Shown here: in pieces, positions 30,306-40,489 of the stretch
Layout of the letters: each line of letters opens with the position of its first letter
Numbering within the stretch: position 1 is the first letter of the stretch
DNA from: Chloroflexota bacterium
GTDB taxonomy: Bacteria; Chloroflexota; UBA11872
Assembly (NCBI GenBank): GCA_028873795.1
Contig: JAPPNP010000014.1
Location: forward strand, 76,209 to 140,208
DNA: 64,000 bases
Reading direction: 5' to 3'
Notes under the pieces: model-generated
Seen by the model: only the letters and a program-made list of their open reading frames with translations
Databases searched by the model: none
Told to the model about the DNA's origin: nothing
Translations under genes and position numbers: made by a program

Positions 30306-32258
30306 CTAGCTCGGAGCAGCCGCCGGATTGTCGATACGCCAAACCTCGCCGTGAATCGTGGCGACCAACAACACCTGACCACCTGCGGCATCACGGGCCA
30401 CGGCCACCGACTCGATCGGAATGCCGTCGAGCTCGGCGACCAGCGGATACCACAAGCGACCGCGGTCGGACGACCGGAGCACACCGGCGCTCGTCCCCAC
30501 GAACAGCGTGTTGTCGTCGGCAAAGTCAAGCGAGGCCACCACGGTGCGGATCGCCGTCTCCAGGCTGCTGGGATACAGCGCGTTCCAGTGACCGACCACC
30601 GTGCCGCTCGGCCGCAAGACGTGCGGTCCCGTCGCCAGGCAGAAGAACTCCTCGCCGTCGGCGGGCTCGGCGTCGGGGACCGTGAGCGACGCCCAGTGGT
30701 AAGCGCCCTCCTGCTGCACGTAGCGAGACCAAGACGCGCCGCGATCCGTGGAGCGATAAACGGCGACCACGCCTTCGCCAGCCGTTGCGGCGAGGATCGT
30801 CCCGTTCTCGGCGAATCGCGGCGAGAACGCCACCTCCACCACCGCTGACCCGCGAAACCGCTCAGCAACGGCTGTCCACGACTCGCCCGCGTCGCTGCTT
30901 ATCAGCAGATACCCGCCGTAGCAACCGAGCGCGATCAGCCTGTCGTCGGCAAACGTGGGCGAGAAGGCCGCCGCAATGACCGGCAGGTCCGCGGGCACGC
31001 TGTACACCAAGTCCCAGGTTTGGCCGGCATCCGACGTACCGATCAGAAAGTCCGCCGACAACGCGAAGGCAATGCCGTCATCGGCGAACGCCGGCGAAAG
31101 CGCCAGTCCGACCACCGTGGGTTCGGGGAATCCCCTGGTCACCTCGGTCCATTGCCGTCCGCCGTCGCGAGAAACCAGCACCCCGTCTGTGACAGAACCG
31201 GCCAGAATCACGCCGTCGCGGGCAAAGTCGGGCGACGGCCGCAGGACGAGCACGGGCAGGCTTGTCAGGCCGTTGCTGCTCGCCGCCCACTTCTGGCCGC
31301 CGTTGACGGAGCGAATCACGCCGGCGCCGTTGACGCCGGCGAGCACGACTCCGTCGGCCCCCGTGGCCAGCGCCAGCAGCGGCGCGCTGCGAGCTCCCCG
31401 TAGGCGCACGCGCTTCCAGGTCGCGCCGTCGTCCTGTGAGCGCCAAAGCGTATTGCCGGCAACCGCAATCGCCGCCCCGTCTGCGCCCCCAAAGACCGAG
31501 ACGGCGTTGATGGGATGGTTCGGCGGCACGTCGTCGACGAGATTCCAGGTGGTGCCGTGGTCCTGCGTTCGATAGAGGCCATAGGCTTCCGTGCCGGCAA
31601 GCGCCAGCCCGTCATCGAGGAATGTCGGCGACACAGCGATGCTTAGGACCGTCGCGTCGTCGGGAAGGCCGCTGCCAGCCGACCAGGACCGCGCCTGATC
31701 GACGCTGCGCATGATGCCGCCTTCGACCGCGCCCGCGAACATCACGTCGGCCGAGTGCGGCGCCACCGCCAAGGCGGTGATCTGCGCGTGGGCCAGCTCG
31801 GGTCCGTAGCCGTTCCACGATCCGCCGCGGTTGTCGGAGATATAGACGCCGCGGCCATCGGTTCCGGCGGCGATAGTCTCGTCGTCGGCGTAGAAGGGCG
31901 AAAACGCCAGGGCGGTGACCGTTGGATGCTCGCCCCAGAACATCCGGCGCTCCCAGCGCTCGCCGCCGTTATACGTCATGTGCAGCCCGGAGTCAGTGGT
32001 CCCGGCAACCGCCGTCTGATCGTTGCCGAAGTCCGGCGAGACGGCCACGGCCTCGATGAACGGACTGCGCAACGCGCTCGTCGGGGCCCAGCTTTGACCG
32101 CCGTCGTCGGATCGAAAGACGCCGGTCAACGTGCCGGCGAACACCGTGGTCGCGCCGTCCGCGCCGACGACGCTGGACAGCGAGGTGACCGTGCCGCCTT
32201 CCCGCGCCGATAGGCGCTGGGCGACCGGCGTGCGATCGGACTCAATCATCGGCGGCAA
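30306..32258 (-). CDS. BNR/Asp-box repeat protein (double beta-propeller, sialidase/GH74/Ycf48-like)
   Basis: 650 aa with 12 S-x-D-x-G-x-x-W Asp-box repeats (SDDGGQSW, TYNGGERW, SVDQARSW, TQDHGTTW, SQDDGATW, SSDAGESW, STDRGASW and others); no obvious signal peptide. Confidence 0.7.
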   Translation of the reverse strand: MPPMIESDRTPVAQRLSAREGGTVTSLSSVVGADGATTVFAGTLTGVFRSDDGGQSWAPTSALRSPFIEAVAVSPDFGNDQTAVAGTTDSGLHMTYNGGERWERRMFWGEHPTVTALAFSPFYADDETIAAGTDGRGVYISDNRGGSWNGYGPELAHAQITALAVAPHSADVMFAGAVEGGIMRSVDQARSWSAGSGLPDDATVLSIAVSPTFLDDGLALAGTEAYGLYRTQDHGTTWNLVDDVPPNHPINAVSVFGGADGAAIAVAGNTLWRSQDDGATWKRVRLRGARSAPLLALATGADGVVLAGVNGAGVIRSVNGGQKWAASSNGLTSLPVLVLRPSPDFARDGVILAGSVTDGVLVSRDGGRQWTEVTRGFPEPTVVGLALSPAFADDGIAFALSADFLIGTSDAGQTWDLVYSVPADLPVIAAAFSPTFADDRLIALGCYGGYLLISSDAGESWTAVAERFRGSAVVEVAFSPRFAENGTILAATAGEGVVAVYRSTDRGASWSRYVQQEGAYHWASLTVPDAEPADGEEFFCLATGPHVLRPSGTVVGHWNALYPSSLETAIRTVVASLDFADDNTLFVGTSAGVLRSSDRGRLWYPLVAELDGIPIESVAVARDAAGGQVLLVATIHGEVWRIDNPAAAPS

Positions 32259-32341
32259 TCCTGGGTCGCTGACAGGTCACGGGCGTTCTCCTTGGCAAAG
32301 GTCGTCGTTCCACGCGCTTTCGAAGCGGCAATCCTAACGGC

Positions 32342-33349
32342 CTACGCGAAGTATGGCGCGGCGTGCTCGCGCAGCCATTTCAGGCTGGCGACAATCCACG
32401 CTTCGGCGTCGTGCTCGGGCGGCGCGAGCACCTCCACGCAGTGCTGCAGATTGTCGGGGTCCGGTGCGCCCTGCTGCAACACCTCCAGGATATCGAGCAC
32501 CGGCACGTCGCCCTCGCCGATGGGCGCATTGAAGAATCTGGGCTCGCCGATCAGCGTGTAGGGCTGCACGCGCATGTCCTTGATGTGGGTCATCACGGTG
32601 TATGGCGCGGCCAGCCGTGCGGCGTCGAGCGGGTCTTCCACAACGGAAATCGAATTGACGAAGTCGAAGTTGTGGCGCAGCCAGGGCGACGCGACGGCGT
32701 CCATCACCTGCACAAAGTCGGCGACGCGGTAGTCCATGTGCGACTCGGTGGTCAGCACCACGCCCAGCTCCTCCGCGATGGGGATGAGCGACGTCAGGTT
32801 GCGAATCATGGCGTCGAGCTGCTCCGCCAGCGTCGGATCTTCGATGAATCGGTGGCGCAACCCGGCCTCGCGGTGCACCACGTTGACGATGGTCGCCCCG
32901 GCCGCCGCGGAAAGCTCGATGGCCCGCACGCACCGTTGAAACTCGGTGCCGCCGCTCCATCCATTCGCCGTCTCGGCCAGCCGGTAGGACACCGCGTCGC
33001 GAGCGCCGCGCCGCGCGGCCAGATCCGTGGCACCCCAGGCGTCGGCGTCGGCCGGGAAATCCGGAACGGCGATGCCGAAATACTCAATGCCCGCGCTTCG
33101 CATGACGTCGCCAAAGCGGCGGGCGCCGGCCTCGTCGCCGAAGAAGCCGGGGTCCATATAGAGCGCCGTCAGCCCGTGCACGCTCGCCCGTTCAATCATC
33201 CATCCCGGCAAGTCGTCAGCCGTCTGCGGCGGCTCCACCGATTCGAAATACGGCAGGCGTCCGGTGGAATACCGATAGGTCGCGCTGTCGGTGCGCAGCC
33301 AGGGATACGCCACCCAGCGATAGCTGGCCTGCGAGAGTCCGAGCTTCAT
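32342..33349 (-). CDS. xylose-isomerase-like TIM-barrel protein (sugar phosphate isomerase/epimerase family), paralog 1
   Basis: Start at ATG 33349 (MKLGLSQASYRW), which overlaps the TGA of paralog 2 (ATGA); motifs ENHMDYR and HLKDMR; close paralog of 33346-34278 and 45645-46622. Confidence 0.8.
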   Translation of the reverse strand: MKLGLSQASYRWVAYPWLRTDSATYRYSTGRLPYFESVEPPQTADDLPGWMIERASVHGLTALYMDPGFFGDEAGARRFGDVMRSAGIEYFGIAVPDFPADADAWGATDLAARRGARDAVSYRLAETANGWSGGTEFQRCVRAIELSAAAGATIVNVVHREAGLRHRFIEDPTLAEQLDAMIRNLTSLIPIAEELGVVLTTESHMDYRVADFVQVMDAVASPWLRHNFDFVNSISVVEDPLDAARLAAPYTVMTHIKDMRVQPYTLIGEPRFFNAPIGEGDVPVLDILEVLQQGAPDPDNLQHCVEVLAPPEHDAEAWIVASLKWLREHAAPYFA

Positions 33350-34278
33350 GCCGACTCGAACAGGTGCCCGCGCTCGGCGCGCAGCCACTCGATGCTCGCC
33401 CGCACCCACACGTCGGGATCGTGATCCGGCGGCGGCGCAACCTCTATGCACACGGGCATGTTGTCCGGGTCCGCCGCCTCGGCCTGCACCAGGTCGAGGA
33501 TCTCGAGAATCGGCACATGGCCGCGTCCTAGCGGCGCCCACGACACCTGCGCCTCGCCGGTACCGGTGGCCGGCTGGATGCGCATGTCTTTCAGGTGCAT
33601 GTTCACGGCGTATTTGGCCGCCAGCCGCGCGCCGTCCATCGGGTCCTCGATGACGGCGATGGGGTTGGCGGTATCCAAGTTGATCCGCAGCCAGGGCGAG
33701 TCGATGGCTTCGACCACCTGCACGACCTCGGACAGGCGGTAGTCGATGTGGTTTTCCCAGGCCAGCACCACGCCGTACTCGGCGCAGACCGGCAGCAGGG
33801 ACCGGAAGTTGGCCTCGGCTCGTTCCAATTGGACGTCGATCGGCGGGTCCTTGGTGAAGTGGTTGTGCCGCACGGCCTGGTTATGCACCGCCGCCGAGAC
33901 GGTGGCGCCGCCCCAGGAACTGCGCCAAATCTGCTGGATGGTGGAGTGATACTCCCCGCCTTCCCACTCTTCGGCGCTGGCCGCAACGTTGAAGGTCACG
34001 TTGCTCACATACATCACCCCGTCGGCCGCCGCGCGTTCGCGAAAGGCCTGTGCCGCGGCGCGCCCCGCGAACGTCCGCGAGGACACGTAGAGCGACTCCA
34101 AGCCCAGGGACTCCACCCGATCGAGCAGCCAGAGCTCGAGGGGCTCGTCCGGGTCCGGCGGGTCCAGCGTCTGGAGATACGGCCGCCGCCACTCTTCCTG
34201 GAGGAAGATCGGGCGGTCGCGGCGCATGTCCGGATAGGACATCCACCGATAGCACGCCTGCGAGATGCCGAGCTTCAT
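33346..34278 (-). CDS. xylose-isomerase-like TIM-barrel protein (sugar phosphate isomerase/epimerase family), paralog 2
   Basis: Start at ATG 34278 (MKLGISQACYRW); the same conserved motifs as paralog 1; the raw ORF extends upstream with implausible Cys/Ser/Thr-rich sequence. Confidence 0.8.
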   Translation of the reverse strand: MKLGISQACYRWMSYPDMRRDRPIFLQEEWRRPYLQTLDPPDPDEPLELWLLDRVESLGLESLYVSSRTFAGRAAAQAFRERAAADGVMYVSNVTFNVAASAEEWEGGEYHSTIQQIWRSSWGGATVSAAVHNQAVRHNHFTKDPPIDVQLERAEANFRSLLPVCAEYGVVLAWENHIDYRLSEVVQVVEAIDSPWLRINLDTANPIAVIEDPMDGARLAAKYAVNMHLKDMRIQPATGTGEAQVSWAPLGRGHVPILEILDLVQAEAADPDNMPVCIEVAPPPDHDPDVWVRASIEWLRAERGHLFESA

Positions 34279-34288
34279 GGGCGACTCG

Positions 34289-35260
34289 TCACGAGGTTTC
34301 CCGCAGCGCGCGCCACACCAGCTCCTGCGTATCCAGGATGTCGTTGCGGCCCATGGCGTCGGCCAGCGCCTCGGCGTCGATCGCGTCGAGCACGCGCAGC
34401 AGGTAGCTGGTGTTCGAGACGAACTGCTGGGCGCTGCGGATGGGCTCCTCCCGCGTCCAGACCACGTCCATGCCCAGGTAGTACGGATAGTCGGCCTCGC
34501 GCAGCCAGTGGAGCAGCTCCAGCGACTCCCACAGATGGCTGCTGGCGAAGATGGTCGATAGGTCTTGCGGCAACTGGGTGTCGTTGAGGTGCACGTGATA
34601 GAGCAGGCTGCGGCGGGCGGCTTCCCACGCCGCTTGGGCCGCGTTCTCACCGCTCATGAAGGTGTGGCTCACCTCCAGCTGCGCGCCGAGGTTGGGCAGG
34701 TTCAGCTCGCCGATGATCTCCAGCGTCTTGCTCATCGAGCCCACCGTGGCCCAGCCGCGCGGGAGGTAGGGCCGGAACTCCAGCGCCACCTTCAGCTCAC
34801 CCGCGGCCTCGCAGATCTCGCGCAGGGCGTCCAGCGTGCGCTCGCGCGCCGCGCGAAAGTCCTGCTGAAACGGGTAGTCGGCGCCGTCCATGGGCGTGAA
34901 CACGTAGACGCCCAGGCCGTCGAGGGCACGAGCCACCTCGACCGCGTGCAAGCACATGTCGATGGCCTCGCGCCGCTCGGCCGCGTCCGGTGAGGTATAG
35001 GCGGCCCAGGGAAACGAGCCGCGAATGTAGGGCTCGCCGTGGTGAATCATTGAGCATTGCAGCCCGCGATCGTCGAGCCGCTGCTTCACCTGGTGCGCAT
35101 TGTCCAGCGTCACGCACGTGCCGCTGAAGAACTCGATGCCCGCCAGGTCGGGAATCTTGTCGACGGCGCGAAACGCCTCGTCGATCTGGTCCATCGAGGG
35201 TCCGTCGACCATGCCCAGGTGGTGATACAGACCCACGGAGTATCGCGGCGCCCAGTCCAT
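34289..35260 (-). CDS. xylose-isomerase-like TIM-barrel sugar isomerase/epimerase (distinct subfamily)
   Basis: Start at ATG 35260 (MDWAPRYSVGLYHH); TIM-barrel pattern with HLND metal-binding motif. Confidence 0.7.
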   Translation of the reverse strand: MDWAPRYSVGLYHHLGMVDGPSMDQIDEAFRAVDKIPDLAGIEFFSGTCVTLDNAHQVKQRLDDRGLQCSMIHHGEPYIRGSFPWAAYTSPDAAERREAIDMCLHAVEVARALDGLGVYVFTPMDGADYPFQQDFRAARERTLDALREICEAAGELKVALEFRPYLPRGWATVGSMSKTLEIIGELNLPNLGAQLEVSHTFMSGENAAQAAWEAARRSLLYHVHLNDTQLPQDLSTIFASSHLWESLELLHWLREADYPYYLGMDVVWTREEPIRSAQQFVSNTSYLLRVLDAIDAEALADAMGRNDILDTQELVWRALRETS

Positions 35261-35271
35261 ATCCGCTGCTC

Positions 35272-36432
35272 CTAGTAGTAGCCGAAGCCGCCGTCGGCTT
35301 TCGCCGGCACGGGGCGCCGCCACGATTGGTAGGGGTGCTGCTCCACGAGTTCCTCGTTGAGCGTCACGCCCCAACCCGGACCCTGCGGCAGTTTGACATA
35401 GCCGTCTTCAATCTCGATGGCGCCATGCAGGAAGCTGTGGCGCAACGCGCTCGCCTGCGCCCGCGGGCCCACGGTCTGCGGCGATTCCATGATGAGAAAG
35501 TTGGGCGTGGCCGCGCCGAAGTGCGCCGTCGCCACGGACGACAGCCCGCCAAACGGGTTGTGCGGCGCCAGCGACAGCATGTGCGCCTCGGCCAGCGCCG
35601 CAATCTTGCGAATCTCCGTCATGCCGCCGCAGAGCAGGATGTCGGGTTGCAGCAAGTCGGCGCCCTGCGCCTCGATCAGCGCCTGGAACTCGTGTTTGCC
35701 GTAGAGGCTCTCACCTGTCGCCACGGGCAGGTTCATCGCGCGCCGCGCTTCGGCCATCACCGTGTGACTGCCCGGCCGAATCGGTTCCTCGATGAACATT
35801 GGTCGGTAGGCCTCGATGGCCCGCGACAGCTCGGCGGCCTTGGCCGGCTCCTCCAGCTTGGCGTGAAAGTCGACGCCGATTTCGGCGGAATCGCCCACCG
35901 CCGCGCGTACGGCCTCAACGCGCTCGGTCACCAGCCTGATGGCCTCTTGCCACGGCAGGCGGTCGTCCTCCGGCGAATAGGGGAACAGCTTGAACGCCGT
36001 GAACCCGTGCTCGCCCGCCATGGCCTTGGCTTCCTCGGCCATGTCCGCCGGATCGCCGGTGACCACGTCGAAGTAGACCCACACGCGGTCGCGATAGGGG
36101 CCGCCGAGCAGCTGGTAGACCGGCTGATCGGCCAGCTTGCCAGCCAGGTCCCACAGCGCCAGGTCAATGCCGCTGATGGCTGCCCAGCCCACCGCGCCCG
36201 CCGGAAACCGCAGCCCGCGGTAGCACAGGTGCCAGAGCCGCTCGCGGCGCGTGGCGTCCTGCCCCACCAGCCACTCGCCGAGGTAGCGCACCGTCTCGGC
36301 CACCGCGAGATCGGGACCGGCGGCGTACGCCTCGCCGAGGCCCACCAGCCCCGACTCCGTCGTGATGGTGACGTAGTTGGCGTTGTGGTGCGTGTCGGAG
36401 GCCGTGCGCACCTCAACGGAGCGAATTCGCAT
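35272..36432 (-). CDS. enolase-superfamily (MR/MLE) acid-sugar dehydratase, paralog 1
   Basis: 386 aa; capping-domain N-terminus and barrel domain with the KxK...D...E...D pattern typical of the galactonate/mannonate dehydratase group. Confidence 0.85.
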   Translation of the reverse strand: MRIRSVEVRTASDTHHNANYVTITTESGLVGLGEAYAAGPDLAVAETVRYLGEWLVGQDATRRERLWHLCYRGLRFPAGAVGWAAISGIDLALWDLAGKLADQPVYQLLGGPYRDRVWVYFDVVTGDPADMAEEAKAMAGEHGFTAFKLFPYSPEDDRLPWQEAIRLVTERVEAVRAAVGDSAEIGVDFHAKLEEPAKAAELSRAIEAYRPMFIEEPIRPGSHTVMAEARRAMNLPVATGESLYGKHEFQALIEAQGADLLQPDILLCGGMTEIRKIAALAEAHMLSLAPHNPFGGLSSVATAHFGAATPNFLIMESPQTVGPRAQASALRHSFLHGAIEIEDGYVKLPQGPGWGVTLNEELVEQHPYQSWRRPVPAKADGGFGYY

Positions 36433-36580
36433 CTAGCCCCGCCTCACGACTTCACCGACGCGCGCGAGCCTAGACCGTGCGCTCGGCACCGTCCAGCAGC
36501 GGGGGCTCGCTGAGGATCGGATCGCCCACATCGCGCGGCGGCTCCGAATCCCGTCCCTCAGGAGGCGATGCCAATCCCGT

Positions 36581-38224
36581 TCAGGGTCCGCCACCGGCAG
36601 GCGCGGCTACTCCGGATTCATCCGAGTCGGTGTCCGTGGCCGTGTGGGTCGGCGCTTCGCGCAGCAGCGCCACCAGCACAAACGCGACCGCCAGGAGAAC
36701 CGCCACAATCACGAACGCCCCGTTTAGAGCATCCAGCCAGCCTTCTCTCAGCACGTCTGCCGCCAGTCCACCTGCGGCGTCAGGACTAAGGTTCAAAGTC
36801 TGCAGAGAGATCTCGGCGGAAATCAGCGGGTCGCTCCCAAGCTGGGCGGCTCCCGCCTGCACGTTTGCGCGGTACCACGCCGATGCTATCTGGGCGAGGA
36901 TCCCAAACCCGCTGTTGAACCCAAGAAACCCAAGAAACAGGATGCCGCCCGTCAGTTCGCCCAGATTGCGGCGAGGACATGCGTTTTGCACCACCAAGAC
37001 CAACACCGGCAGGAGCCCCCCAAAGGCTAGCCCGCTGATCGCCGAGTTCCGCACGACGTCAAATTGGGTCGACGTTCCATGCATGCGGGAAAAGAGCACG
37101 GCGCTCGCCGTGGCAATGAGCATCAGCGCGAGAACTAGCACCTTGTGGGAGCCGATGCGCGCCACGAGTTGACCGGCGACCACGGCGCCCACGGCAAACG
37201 CGGCCACCATGGCTGCTTGCTGCGCCAAGAGATCCATCCTCGTGCCGAAGGCTTCGCCGGGCCGGACGAAGTGCGGGGCATACGCCAACGATGCCGCCAG
37301 TCCGATACCTGCAACAAACATCGCCATCGCTGACACCAGGAAGGACCGATGGGTCAGCAACCGCAGATTGATGAAGGGGTTGTCGATCCTCCGCACGGCA
37401 AACACCAAGACTGCAAGGATTACGAGAGCGCCGGCCAGCAAAATGAAGGTTGGCGCCGATGGCCAGGGAAAGAGCCTGCCCGCAATCTTTAGCGTGACCA
37501 GCACCGGCACAATCGTGGCGACGAATGCCATGGCACCCGCCACGTCGACGCGTCGCCGGATTCCCGTGCGCACCGCAGGCAGGCCAAGACAGGAAGCTAG
37601 GATCGCGAGAATCCCAATCGGCAGATTCAGGAGGAGGGACCATCGCAGGAAGAAGTAGTGGGAGTCCATGACCGGAATAGGGATGTTCACAACGATCCAG
37701 GCAACGGCATTGACTAGGGTCACCCACCCAAGCAGGCCCACCCCGAGCAACGCCACCAGCGCCCCCTGCCACTTGGCGCGGCTCGACGGCGGATTCAGGT
37801 CCCCGATCAGTGCCGGTCCCAGGGCAAAGATGGCGCCCACCCCGAGTCCTTGCAGAAAGCGTGAAATCGTGAGCTGGATCAGTTCCTGGCTGGTCAAGCT
37901 GCCGGCCGAAGCGGCCGTGAAGAGCGCCAGTCCCACCAGCCAGAGCCGACGCCGCCCGTAAACGTCCGACAGTTTTCCCCACAGTGGGAGACTCACGATC
38001 CAGGCGACGAAGTAAACGACGACAACCGCCCACGCGCCCGCCGGTGAGTCCTCTCCGGGATATACCGGGCCGATCACGTCACCGACCAGCCCCAGACGCA
38101 AGGCTGACAGATCTAGCGCGGCAAGGAAGACGACGACCACGACAGCCGTCAGGGCCAGGAATCGCCGCCGGCGGCTCAGGGGAGTCTGGTTCTCAGCCGT
38201 CTCGGCCTCACTCATCGTCCGCAC
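36581..38224 (-). CDS. MFS transporter (14-TMS DHA2/EmrB-like)
   Basis: 547 aa with about 14 hydrophobic segments and MFS motif A. Confidence 0.85.
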   Translation of the reverse strand: MRTMSEAETAENQTPLSRRRRFLALTAVVVVVFLAALDLSALRLGLVGDVIGPVYPGEDSPAGAWAVVVVYFVAWIVSLPLWGKLSDVYGRRRLWLVGLALFTAASAGSLTSQELIQLTISRFLQGLGVGAIFALGPALIGDLNPPSSRAKWQGALVALLGVGLLGWVTLVNAVAWIVVNIPIPVMDSHYFFLRWSLLLNLPIGILAILASCLGLPAVRTGIRRRVDVAGAMAFVATIVPVLVTLKIAGRLFPWPSAPTFILLAGALVILAVLVFAVRRIDNPFINLRLLTHRSFLVSAMAMFVAGIGLAASLAYAPHFVRPGEAFGTRMDLLAQQAAMVAAFAVGAVVAGQLVARIGSHKVLVLALMLIATASAVLFSRMHGTSTQFDVVRNSAISGLAFGGLLPVLVLVVQNACPRRNLGELTGGILFLGFLGFNSGFGILAQIASAWYRANVQAGAAQLGSDPLISAEISLQTLNLSPDAAGGLAADVLREGWLDALNGAFVIVAVLLAVAFVLVALLREAPTHTATDTDSDESGVAAPAGGGP

Positions 38225-38342
38225 CGCCCCAGCGCATCCTTAGCCAAGTCTGAACTTGACTATACGCGCGCACTTGACCTGGCCCGTAGCTAGCAAGGCG
38301 ACCCTTGCGCCCGAACCATCTTCCGGCCGATAGCGCGGACGT

Positions 38343-39424
<1,082 letters not shown>

Positions 39425-39428
<4 letters not shown>

Positions 39429-40489
39429 CGCAACTCACCCGTATCCACGTCCACCCAACAGCGGAGCGAACGGCCGTCGTCGATCATCTCCACGGGCGGC
39501 ATTTCCTCGATGCACTTGTCCTTGACGAACCGGCAGCGCGGCGCGAATGGGCACCCGACCGGAAGATTGGTCATGTCCGGCGGGGCGCCGGGGATGGCGC
39601 TCAGCCGGTCGCCGCGCGCTGCGGAGATGCTGGGCATGGATTCCAGCAGGCCAATCGTGTAGGGGTGTTTCGGCGTGTAGAAGATGTCACGGCCAGTTGC
39701 GCGCTCGACGATGTAGCCGCCGTACATCACCACGATCTCTTCGCAGAATCCGGCCACCAGCGCCAGGTCGTGCGTGATCAGGATGGCGGCCATGCCCAAC
39801 TCTTGACGCAGGCTCGAAATCAGCTCGATGACCTGCGCCTGAATGGTCACGTCCAGCGCGGTCGTCGGCTCGTCGGCGATCAGCAGCTGCGGCTGACAAG
39901 AGATCGCCATCGCGATCATCGCGCGCTGCTGCATGCCGCCCGAGAGCTGGTGCGGATAGTCATTGGCGCGTTCGGCGGGCGAGGGGATGCCCACGCGATC
40001 CAGAAGCTCCACCGTGTGCGCGCGGGCTTCGTCCTTGCTCACGCCCATGTGCAGCCGCTGCGCCTCGTCGATTTGCCGGCCCACCGTCAGAACCGGATTG
40101 AGCGAGCTCATCGGGTCTTGAAAGATCATTGAGATTCTTCCGCCGCGAATGCCCCGCATCTCGTTGGGAGGAATCTGCAGCAGGGAGACCCGGCCGGCGC
40201 GCGTCTCAATGATCTCTTCGGGATCGACATCCATCACGTTGGTGTCGCCGAACATCACCTCGCCGCCGGTGATCTGTCCGGCGGGCTGGGGAATCAGCCG
40301 CAGCAGGGCCAGGGAACTCACGCTCTTGCCGCTGCCGGACTCGCCCACGATGCCGAGTGAACCGCCCGCCGCAAGCTCATAGGCGATGCCATTGACCGCG
40401 CGAACGATGCCCTCGTCCGTCTTGAATTGGACGGCGAGGTCTTTGACTTCGAGCAAGTGGCCGTTGTCACTCATGCCGTTCTCGCTCAT
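39425..40489 (-). CDS. oligopeptide/dipeptide-type ABC transporter ATP-binding protein (OppD/DppD-like)
   Basis: Walker [10 protein letters not shown], signature LSGGMQQRA and the C-terminal OppD-type extension; ATGA overlap with the downstream ATPase. Confidence 0.85.
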
